DNA of 64,000 nt from Phycisphaerales bacterium (GTDB lineage Bacteria; Planctomycetota; Phycisphaerae; Phycisphaerales; UBA1924), in the NCBI GenBank assembly GCA_036732005.1, contig DAINDF010000015.1:8406-72405 (forward strand). Direction: 5' to 3'. The notes beneath the pieces are model-generated. The model worked only from the letters and a program-made list of their open reading frames with translations, did not search any database and was not told the origin of the DNA. Below, in pieces: positions 1 to 7,166 of the stretch. Made by a program: the position numbers and the translations under genes. Positions within the stretch are counted from its first letter, which is position 1, and each line of letters begins with the position of its first letter.

Positions 1-291
1 AACCGGCCCCGGCGTCGTCGCCCTGGTCGGTGCCTGTGGTCTCGACGGCGGTCGCCGCCTGTGGATCTTCTGCCATCTGTCCCCGCATTGGTGTGCGCGG
101 ACCGGATCCGAATGAGCCTTGTTGTCGGCCTTCCGCGCCCGTCCGACCTGGGTCGGGGGCGGCGGGGCCCGGGATGCCGCGTGTCTCGCGGCCCGCCCCG
201 TTCAGGGGGCGTCAATCGGTCGGTCCGCCCGGCGGCGAGCCCGAGGCCGCGGCCGGATGGTGTTCTGGTTCCCGCGCGGGCCGTGCCCGCT

Positions 292-2055
292 TCAGCGATC
301 GTCGGCCCAGCCTTCGAACGCCTCTGGGACGAGTTTTCTGACCTGATCGCGGAGGTAGGCCGCGATTTCGGTCTCCGAATCGAGGGAGATCGCTTTTTCC
401 GCGATCTGCTCGCACTGGGCGACGGAGAGGCCCCGGACCACCTGTTTGAGGGCGGGGATGCCGGAGGCGGTCAGGGAGAGCGTACGCAGCCCGAGGCCGA
501 TCAGCAATGGGGCATAGATCGGCTCGCCGGCGGCCTCCCCGCAGCAAGAAACCGGGATGTCCCGGCCTTTGCCGGCGCGGGCGACCTCGGAGATCAGGCG
601 GATGACGGCCGGGTTGGTGGGGTGATAGAGGCTGGCGACGCGCTCGTTGGTGCGGTCGACGGCGAGGGTGTACTGGACGAGGTCGTTGGTGCCGATGCTG
701 AAGAAATCGGCCTCGGCGGCGAAGGCGTCGGCCATGATGGCGGCGGAGGGGACCTCGACCATCATGCCGACCTTGACGGCGCGGTCGTGGTCGATGCCCA
801 TCTCGTCGAGGTCCTCCATGGCGTCGTGCAGGAGGTGACGCGCCTGGCGGAACTCGTGCAGGGTGGTGATCAGCGGGAACATGATCTTGATCGGCCCGTG
901 GGCGCTGGCGCGGAGGATGGCCCGCAGCTGCGTCTTGAACATCGTCATGTGCTGCAGGCAGTAGCGGATGGAGCGGAGGCCCAGGAAGGGGTTGCGCTCG
1001 GGGATCTCGGCCCGGGCCTGGGTGTACTTGTCGGCGCCGAGGTCCACCGTGCGGATGGTCAGGGGGCGGCCCCGGAGCAGTTCGAGGCACTTCTTGTACG
1101 CCTCGTAGTGGTGCTCCTCGGTGGGCTCGGTGGAACCGGTGAGGTAGAGGAACTCGGTGCGGTAAAGCCCGACCCCGACGCCGCCGAGTTCGAGGACGGC
1201 CTGGGCCTCCTCGGGGAACTCGATGTTGCCGAGGAGCTCGATCTCGACGCCGTCGGTGGTGACGGCGGGCAGGTCGGCCGACTCGCGGAGGGAGAGGGTG
1301 TAGGACTCGCTGCGGGCGATAAGGGCCCGGTATTCGCCGATGGTGTCCTCGTCGGGGTCGAGGACGACGCGGCCGCGGTCGCCGTCGACGATGAGCACGG
1401 CCCCGTCGGTGGCGAGGTCGGTGATGCGGTGGCACCCGACGACGGCGGGGAGGTTGAGGGCTCGGGCGACGATCGCGGTGTGGCTGGTGGGCCCGCCGAG
1501 ATCGGTCGCGAAGGCGAGGACCTTCTGGCGGTCGAACCCGGCGGTCTGGCTGGGGGTGAGGTCTCGTGCGGCGACGATGCTGGGCTCGGGGAGGTGGCTG
1601 AGCGTCTGCCCCGAGCCGCCCTGGAGGTGGACGAGCAGGCGGTCGGCGAGGTCCTGGAGGTCGTTGACCTTGGTGCGGAAGGCGGCGTCGTCGTGGGCGG
1701 CGAAGCGCTGGGTCCAGCGGCGGAAGACCTCGGCGACGGCGTACTCGGCGCCGACGCGTTCCTCGCGGATCAGTTTGCGGATGGGCTCGACGAGGGCCTT
1801 GTCCGAGAGGGCCCCGATGTGGAACAGGAAGATCCGGGCGGTCTCCTCGCCCATCTCGTCGACGGCGAGGGCGTGGACGCGCCCCAGGTCGGCGATGGAG
1901 GCCTCCCGGGCGGTCTCGAAGCGGTCGACCTCGGGGTCGGCCTCGTCGCCCAGGATCTTCCGCTTGGCGACGCGGCGTCCCTTGGCGTCGTCGAGCACAT
2001 GCACGCGCCCGATGACGATGCCGGGGGAGACCGGGATGCCCTTGAGGATCTTCAT
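292..2055 (-). CDS. ptsI: phosphoenolpyruvate-protein phosphotransferase (PTS enzyme I)
   Basis: 587-aa ORF with ATG at 2055. N-terminus is MKILKGIPVSPGIVIG. Carries the phospho-histidine motif GGPTSHTAIVARAL and PEP-binding barrel motifs (RTVDLGADK, FFSIGTNDLVQYTLAVDR, CGEAAG). Confidence 0.93.
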   Translation of the reverse strand: MKILKGIPVSPGIVIGRVHVLDDAKGRRVAKRKILGDEADPEVDRFETAREASIADLGRVHALAVDEMGEETARIFLFHIGALSDKALVEPIRKLIREERVGAEYAVAEVFRRWTQRFAAHDDAAFRTKVNDLQDLADRLLVHLQGGSGQTLSHLPEPSIVAARDLTPSQTAGFDRQKVLAFATDLGGPTSHTAIVARALNLPAVVGCHRITDLATDGAVLIVDGDRGRVVLDPDEDTIGEYRALIARSESYTLSLRESADLPAVTTDGVEIELLGNIEFPEEAQAVLELGGVGVGLYRTEFLYLTGSTEPTEEHHYEAYKKCLELLRGRPLTIRTVDLGADKYTQARAEIPERNPFLGLRSIRYCLQHMTMFKTQLRAILRASAHGPIKIMFPLITTLHEFRQARHLLHDAMEDLDEMGIDHDRAVKVGMMVEVPSAAIMADAFAAEADFFSIGTNDLVQYTLAVDRTNERVASLYHPTNPAVIRLISEVARAGKGRDIPVSCCGEAAGEPIYAPLLIGLGLRTLSLTASGIPALKQVVRGLSVAQCEQIAEKAISLDSETEIAAYLRDQVRKLVPEAFEGWADDR

Positions 2056-2176
2056 GTTCGAAACCGGGCCCCATGCCCGGGGCGCATCGTAGCGGAAGCC
2101 CGGCGGGGACCCGGGGCGGCGGGGGAGGCCCGGCCCCCCGGGATGGGCCTCGGGGGGCGGACCGCCCGAACGGGGC

Positions 2177-2206
2177 TTGACTTCCCCGTGGGGTTTTGCT
2201 CATACT
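2177..2206 (+). promoter_or_regulatory. candidate sigma70-like promoter for rho (TTGACT-N18-CATACT)
   Basis: TTGACT at 2177-2182 and CATACT at 2201-2206 lie in the 360-bp ptsI/rho divergent spacer. This would give a ~210-nt rho leader. Promoter consensus in this lineage is not known to me. Confidence 0.2.
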
Positions 2207-2416
2207 ACGGGCTGAGCGCTCCGATTCGAAGCGCTCGATCGCCGAGCCCCGCCGATGACCGGGACGGGGCCGCGACGAGGACGAGCCGAAACGAAACGAC
2301 TTGTTGCCCCGCCTCGGCGGCGGTGGTGCGGGTTGATTTCCGTCCCCGGAGTTGGGGTTCGGCACGCGTGGGTCAGGATGGACGCCGTTCTCGTCGCCCA
2401 CCGGGGAAGCAGCCGT

Positions 2417-3610
2417 ATGTCAGAATCGACCTTGACGGGGATCCTTGAATGGCCCCAGCGCGCCGAGGGGCGGGTCCGCCAGTTGTCCGACAGCGCGGTG
2501 GTGCTGCAGGCGGCGGACGACCCGTATGTGCCGATCTCGTTCGGCGACACGCTCCCCTTGCGGAACGGGCTGGAGGTGACCGTCTCGGTGGCGAACCGCA
2601 AGAGCCGGCGGCGTCGGGGCAAGCCCGGGCCCCGGAATGTGCGCGCGGTCGTGGAGTCGTTCCTGGCGATCGAGGGGATGGACCCGGAGAAGTTCGCCTC
2701 GGCCAAGCCGTTCGAGCAACTGACGAGCATCGACCCGGCGCCCCGGCTGACCCTGGAGTACCCGGGGTGCCCGCCGGCGTGCCGGCTGATCGACCTGTTC
2801 TGCCCGATCGGGCGGGGGCAGCGTGGGCTGATCGTCAGCCCCCCCAAGGCGGGCAAGACGACGCTGCTCAAGCAGATCACCGAGTCGATCCTGCGGAACC
2901 ACCCGGATGTGCATGTCATCCTGCTGCTGATCGACGAGCGGCCCGAGGAGGTCACCGACTTCAAGCGGACCTTCGCGACGACGCGGGCGGACGACCCCTG
3001 GCCGCACGCGTGGGGGAAGGACCGCATCCGGATCCTGGCGTCGAGCAACGACCACGATGTGGAGCGGCACATCCAGCTGGCGACGCTGACGCTGGAGCGG
3101 TGCAAGCGGATGGTCGAGGCGGGGCGGCATGTGGTGGTGATGATGGACTCGCTGACGCGGCTGGGGCGGGCGTTCAACCGCTCGAACAAGCACGCGAACA
3201 GCGGGCGGACAATGTCGGGGGGGATCGACAGCCGGGCGCTGGAGATCCCCAAGCAGGTCTTCGGGGCGTCTCGGAACACGGAGGACGGGGGGAGCCTGAC
3301 GATGCTGGCGACCTGCCTGGTGGACACGGGGAGCCAGGGGGACCAGGTGATCTTCGAGGAGTTCAAGGGGACGGGGAACATGGAGCTGATCCTCGACCGC
3401 AAGGTCGCGGAGCGCCGCCTCTTCCCCGCGATGGACCTCGCGGGGAGCGGGACGCGCAAAGAGGACAAACTCCTGGACGAGAAGACGCTGGCGACGGTGA
3501 CGGCCCTGCGCCGGCGGATGCTGAACATGCGGCCGGACCAGCAGGTCGAGCAGTTGCTGGCGGCGATGGCGCGGTTCGAGACGAACGACAAGCTGGTGGG
3601 GTTGGGGTGA
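2417..3610 (+). CDS. rho: transcription termination factor Rho (short N-terminus)
   Basis: OB-fold-like segment GILEWPQRAEGRVRQL...YVPISFGDTLPLRNGLEVT. P-loop PIGRGQRGLIVSPPKAGKTTLLKQI. Also DERPEEV, MDSLTRLGRAFN and the C-terminal RKEDKLL region. ATG at 2417 was chosen; the frame is open upstream to 2255 (GTG/ATG alternatives), but that extension looks non-protein-like. Confidence 0.92.
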   Translation: MSESTLTGILEWPQRAEGRVRQLSDSAVVLQAADDPYVPISFGDTLPLRNGLEVTVSVANRKSRRRRGKPGPRNVRAVVESFLAIEGMDPEKFASAKPFEQLTSIDPAPRLTLEYPGCPPACRLIDLFCPIGRGQRGLIVSPPKAGKTTLLKQITESILRNHPDVHVILLLIDERPEEVTDFKRTFATTRADDPWPHAWGKDRIRILASSNDHDVERHIQLATLTLERCKRMVEAGRHVVVMMDSLTRLGRAFNRSNKHANSGRTMSGGIDSRALEIPKQVFGASRNTEDGGSLTMLATCLVDTGSQGDQVIFEEFKGTGNMELILDRKVAERRLFPAMDLAGSGTRKEDKLLDEKTLATVTALRRRMLNMRPDQQVEQLLAAMARFETNDKLVGLG

Positions 3611-3681
3611 GTCTCGCGCCCGTGATATCGCGCGGGATTTGGCCCATCGGGAGCGATTCGAGGCGTGGAGGCGGAGGAGAG

Positions 3682-3728
3682 GGGGAAGCACGGCTTGCCG
3701 AGGACACGGCCAAGCCGTGGCACCCGGC
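3682..3728 (+). repeat. REP-like imperfect palindrome, family A, copy 1
   Basis: GGGGAAGCACGGCTTGCCGAGGACACGGCCAAGCCGTGGCACCCGGC. Internal stem is CACGGCTTG/CAAGCCGTG. Near-identical copies lie at 4386-4429 (inverted) and 5023-5067. Confidence 0.85.
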
Positions 3729-3735
3729 GGCGTTC

Positions 3736-4035
3736 ATGGTCCTGGGCCTGCTGACGATTGTGCGGATGGGGCGGAAGCGGTCGCGTCGGCGTTGGAGCGT
3801 GGCCGGGGCAATCCAGATTGTCCGCCGCGCGGCGCGGGAGGGCGAGCACGCCCGTGCCGACACGCTGCTCACCCGGCTGGCGAACGCGGTGATGTACGAC
3901 AATCGCCAGAAACGCAAGGCCGCCTGGTACTATCCCCACAAGAAACACCCAAGACCCCCGGACGAGCCCCGCGTCCGAGACGATACACCCAGAGGCCACA
4001 AGGACTTGGAAGACACCAACGACAGGAGCAGATGA
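3736..4035 (+). CDS. small hypothetical protein (99 aa)
   Basis: ATG at 3736 lies a few nt after REP copy 1. Strong G/C bias at third codon positions in this frame over the first two-thirds. Product is MVLGLLTIVRMGRKRSRRRW...AIQIVRRAAREGEHARADTLLTRLANAVMYDNRQKRK. No family recognised. Confidence 0.35.
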   Translation: MVLGLLTIVRMGRKRSRRRWSVAGAIQIVRRAAREGEHARADTLLTRLANAVMYDNRQKRKAAWYYPHKKHPRPPDEPRVRDDTPRGHKDLEDTNDRSR

Positions 4036-4385
4036 GAAAGTTCACGGCGTTGGGTGCCACCCGGCCGATTCCATGTCACCTGAGCCCATCACGGCCTACT
4101 CAGCCTCACCCTTGTGCTGGGGCTTTGTCTTCTGGCCAAGCACAAGGTCTAATCTGGTATCCGTGCTCTCAACTCCGCTTTTTCTCCGAACTCGAACCCG
4201 AAGGGAGAAGAAGGGCTTGATTATTATTATAGCAAAGATTGTACATTCTGGCATTAGCATTAAATTTTCGTACACGATAATCTCCTTTTGTTAAGTTGCA
4301 AGGATTATTCCTGCTACTGTAGATAGTTGGTATCTCTTTAAACTTAAATGAATTATCAGGTTTTCTCAATTGATGTAGTGCCCAA

Positions 4386-4429
4386 GCTGGGTGCCACGGC
4401 TTGACCGTCCTCGGCAAGCCGTGCTCCCC
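4386..4429 (-). repeat. REP-like imperfect palindrome, family A, copy 2 (inverted)
   Basis: The reverse complement reads GGGGAGCACGGCTTGCCGAGGACGGTCAAGCCGTGGCACCCAGC. It lies 60 nt upstream of the Y1 transposase start. Confidence 0.85.
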
Positions 4430-4489
4430 CATCTCTCCACGCTTTACCCCTCGTTTGCGGTCGGAGCCCGGACCTGATCAACTGTCCCC

Positions 4490-5902
4490 ATGCCTCACCG
4501 CAAGACCCGCCGCCGGTTTGAGATCCCGGGCCACGCCCGCTTCCTCACCTTCTCCTGCTTCCAGCGGCTGCCGCTGCTCGACGACGGTGACGCCAAGGAC
4601 GGGTTCGCCGATCAACTTTTCTGCACCCGCGCCCGGCTCGGCTTCGCCCTCCACGCGTGGGTGGTCATGCCCGAGCATGTTCACCTGCTGCTCCGCCCGA
4701 ACCTCCCCGAGGTCGATGTCCCGCGCATCCTGATGGCGATCAAGCGGCCCTTCGCGACGCGCGTGCTGCGGAGCTGGCGCGAGGTCGGGCGGGAAGCGCC
4801 CGACCGTATCTGGCAGGCGGGGGGCGGATACGACCGCAACATCTTCAGCGATCGCGAGATGCGGGAGAAGGTCGAGTACATCCACGCCAACCCGGTGCGG
4901 CGGGGTCTGGTCGAGCGGGCGGAGGACTGGGCGTGGTCGTCGGCGAGGGGTTGGGCGGGGCCGGAGACACGCGGGCCCGCGGTGTTTTGGTGGTTTTTGT
5001 TGGCGCGTTGGGTAATTAAAACGGGAAGCACGGCTTGCCGAGGACGGCCAAGCCGTGGCACCCGGCGAATTTCTGCGACGCCTGCGGGGCGCGGCTTCCG
5101 GCGATGGGGTGATCCCTCGGGCGGCCCCGGGGGGTGCCGTTTCCGGTTTCGCGGGGGCGACATACCGTTGAGGCGGGCCAATTCACAGGCATCACGCCGC
5201 CCGCTCCGGCCCCTGGATTCCCGCCATGCAGCCCGAATTGATCGTCGTCGTCGCGGTGGTGGTCGGCGTGCTGGCGTTGTTGGCGACGGGGCGGATCGCG
5301 GCGGATGCGATCCTGGCCGCGGCGTTGACGGTGCTGATGGCGATCCCGCTGCCCGGGGAGGATGGGTGGAAGATCGGGGTGCTGGGCGCCAAGGACGCGC
5401 TGGCGGGGTTCAGCAACACGGGGATGCTGACGGTGGGCGTGCTCTACATCGTCGTCGCGGGGCTGCGCGAGACGGGGGGGATCGACTGGATCGCGGGGAA
5501 CCTGCTGGGCAAGCCGCGGGGGGAGCGGTCGGCGATCCTCCGCGTGATGGCGCCGGTGTGGGGGATGAGCGTGTTCCTGAACAACACGCCGGTGGTCGCG
5601 ATGATGATCACGGCGGTGCAGGACTGGTGCAAGCGGCTGGGGTTCGCGCCGTCGCGGCTGATGATCCCGCTGAGCTACGCGGCGATCCTGGGGGGCACCT
5701 GCTCGCTGATCGGGACGAGCACGAACCTGGTGGTAGCGGGGCTGGTCGTGTCGCAGACCGACCTCGCGCCGCTGAAGATGTTCGACATCACCTGGGTGGG
5801 GCTGCCGTGCGCGATCGTGGGGGCGGCGTTCCTGATCGTGTTCGGGCCGATGCTGCTGCCGAAGAAGGCCGCGGCGGGGGCGACGCTGGACGACCCGCGT
5901 GA
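4490..5902 (+). CDS. IS200/IS605-like Y1 (HUH) transposase, REP-associated (RAYT-like), with an aberrant 3' end
   Basis: HUH motif WVVMPEHVHLLL, catalytic-Tyr region KVEYIHANPVRRGLV and WAWSS. The conserved domain occupies only 4490 to ~4985. The frame then reads through REP copy 3 with no stop until 5902 and overlaps the permease gene by 677 nt. The tail is probably not genuine (see findings). Confidence 0.6.
   Translation: MPHRKTRRRFEIPGHARFLTFSCFQRLPLLDDGDAKDGFADQLFCTRARLGFALHAWVVMPEHVHLLLRPNLPEVDVPRILMAIKRPFATRVLRSWREVGREAPDRIWQAGGGYDRNIFSDREMREKVEYIHANPVRRGLVERAEDWAWSSARGWAGPETRGPAVFWWFLLARWVIKTGSTACRGRPSRGTRRISATPAGRGFRRWGDPSGGPGGCRFRFRGGDIPLRRANSQASRRPLRPLDSRHAARIDRRRRGGGRRAGVVGDGADRGGCDPGRGVDGADGDPAARGGWVEDRGAGRQGRAGGVQQHGDADGGRALHRRRGAARDGGDRLDRGEPAGQAAGGAVGDPPRDGAGVGDERVPEQHAGGRDDDHGGAGLVQAAGVRAVAADDPAELRGDPGGHLLADRDEHEPGGSGAGRVADRPRAAEDVRHHLGGAAVRDRGGGVPDRVRADAAAEEGRGGGDAGRPA
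5023..5067 (+). repeat. REP-like imperfect palindrome, family A, copy 3
   Basis: CGGGAAGCACGGCTTGCCGAGGACGGCCAAGCCGTGGCACCCGGC. It follows directly after an AT-rich TAATTAAAA. Confidence 0.85.
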
Positions 5903-7025
5903 GTACACGCTGGAGTTGCTGGTGCCCGCGTCGGGCCCGATCCCGGGCAAGACGGTCGACCAGGCGGGGCTTCGCAGCCTGCCGGGGTGCTTCCTCGTCG
6001 AGATCGAGCGGGAGGGCGAGGTGATCTCCGCGGTGGGGCCCGATCAGGTGCTCCGCAGCGGGGACCGCCTGCTGTTCGCCGGCGTGGTCGAGGCGATCCG
6101 CGACCTGGTGAACACGCGGGGCCTGGCGCCGGCGACGGACCAGGTCTTCAAGCTCGACTCGCCCCGGTTCCGGCGGCGGCTGTTCGAGGCGGTGATCTCC
6201 GGGGCCTCGCCCCTTGTTGGGCGGACCATCCGCGAGGGGCGGTTCCGCAACCGGTACAACGGGGCGGTGATCGCGGTGGCGCGGAACGGCGTGCGCATGC
6301 GGGGCAAGATCGGTGACATCAGCCTCCGCGCGGGCGACCTGGTGCTCGTCGAGGCCGACCCGGGGTTCGCCGACCGCGGGCGGGCGACGCGGGACTTCCT
6401 GCTCGTGCGCTCGCTGGACGACTCGACGCCCCGGCGACACGGGCGGGCGCCGGTGGCGCTGGCGATCCTGCTGGTGATGATCGCGCTGGCGACTTTCGGG
6501 GTCTATCCCATGCTGACCGCGGCGATGCTGGCGGCCGGGGCGATGGTGCTGACGCGCTGCTGCACGATCACCGAGGCGAGGCGGAGCATCGACTGGTCGG
6601 TGCTGATCGTGATCGGGTCGGCGCTGGGCCTGGGGATGGCGATGGAGAAGTCCGGGGCGGCCCGGATGCTCGCGGACGGGCTGCTCTCGGTCGCGGGCAC
6701 GAACCCGTGGCTCGTGCTGCTCGCGATCTACGCGGTGACCTCGTTCATCACCGAGATCGTCACGAACAACGCGGCGGTGGCGATCGTCTTCCCGATCGCG
6801 CAGGCGACGGCGGCGGCGCTGGGGGTGGACTTCATGCCGTTCATCATCGCGATCATGATGGCGGGCTCGGCAAGCTTCGCCACGCCGCTGGGGTACCAGA
6901 CCAACCTGATGGTCTACGGCCCCGGCGGGTACACGCTGGGGGACTTCCTGCGGATCGGCGTGCCTATGAACCTGGTGATGTGCGCCGCGACGGTGACGAT
7001 CACGCCGCTGGTGTTCCCGTTCTGA
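5226..7025 (+). CDS. SLC13/DASS-family anion permease with two central TrkA-C (RCK_C) domains
   Basis: 599 aa. Polytopic N- and C-terminal halves (GFSNTGMLTVGVLYIV, NNTPVVAMM, NNAAVAIVFPIA, GYQTNLMVYGPGGY). They flank two RCK_C-like inserts (LVPASGPIPGKTVDQAGLRS...GDRLLFAG and ISGASPLVGRTIREGRFR...GDLVLVEA). Confidence 0.88.
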   Translation: MQPELIVVVAVVVGVLALLATGRIAADAILAAALTVLMAIPLPGEDGWKIGVLGAKDALAGFSNTGMLTVGVLYIVVAGLRETGGIDWIAGNLLGKPRGERSAILRVMAPVWGMSVFLNNTPVVAMMITAVQDWCKRLGFAPSRLMIPLSYAAILGGTCSLIGTSTNLVVAGLVVSQTDLAPLKMFDITWVGLPCAIVGAAFLIVFGPMLLPKKAAAGATLDDPREYTLELLVPASGPIPGKTVDQAGLRSLPGCFLVEIEREGEVISAVGPDQVLRSGDRLLFAGVVEAIRDLVNTRGLAPATDQVFKLDSPRFRRRLFEAVISGASPLVGRTIREGRFRNRYNGAVIAVARNGVRMRGKIGDISLRAGDLVLVEADPGFADRGRATRDFLLVRSLDDSTPRRHGRAPVALAILLVMIALATFGVYPMLTAAMLAAGAMVLTRCCTITEARRSIDWSVLIVIGSALGLGMAMEKSGAARMLADGLLSVAGTNPWLVLLAIYAVTSFITEIVTNNAAVAIVFPIAQATAAALGVDFMPFIIAIMMAGSASFATPLGYQTNLMVYGPGGYTLGDFLRIGVPMNLVMCAATVTITPLVFPF

Positions 7026-7166
7026 GAGGGCCCCGGCGGGGGGCGCGGGAAAAGGCTTGTCGAATCGCGGCGGTTCCGGTACACATGGGCGCCGCGGCAC
7101 CCGATAAGTTGGGGCGGTGTTCGGAATTCGAGCCCCGGGGGTCGCCCCGGGGGTGGAGCAGCACGC

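Larger units (their letters stand above)
4386..5067 (+). mobile_element. REPtron-like unit: RAYT-type Y1 transposase gene bracketed by inverted REP copies
   Basis: Inverted REP-A copies at 4386-4429 and 5023-5067 flank the conserved part of the HUH/Y1 transposase ORF. A third, direct copy lies at 3682-3728. Confidence 0.55.

Noticed and set aside
1-291. Possible gene fragment at the left edge of the window, downstream of ptsI.
   Set aside because: The ORFs here (30-341 +, 119-346 +) are short and Arg/Pro-rich and overlap the ptsI 3' end. The sequence is too short to support any call.
2255-2416. N-terminal extension of Rho from the first start of the open frame.
   Set aside because: The peptide (MTGTGPRRGRAETKRLVAPPRRRW...) does not resemble any Rho N-terminal subdomain. 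The ATG at 2417 directly precedes the conserved OB-fold segment.
61-2448. 795-aa ORF on the plus strand covering the whole ptsI locus. Similar giant ORFs occur at 5016-8909(-), 13437-15599(-), 18698-21562(-), 47879-49906(+), 50935-54792(-), 30780-32648(-) and 32703-35105(-).
   Set aside because: They lie antisense to or out of frame with genes that have clear family motifs. Their products are Arg/Pro/Gly/Ala low-complexity strings. Stop codons are simply rare in off-frames of ~70% GC DNA.
4169-4432. 87-aa ORF on the minus strand spanning the AT-rich patch and starting inside REP copy 2.
   Set aside because: It has no RBS and no recognisable family. It begins within a repeat element, and the coding signal cannot be judged in so short an AT-rich stretch. 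I reported the patch as an anomaly instead.
5020-5902. C-terminal 295 aa of the transposase ORF.
   Set aside because: It translates a REP hairpin and then the +2 frame of the permease gene. The composition is Arg/Gly/Ala-rich with no motifs. I treat it as read-through caused by a lost stop codon, not as a real domain.
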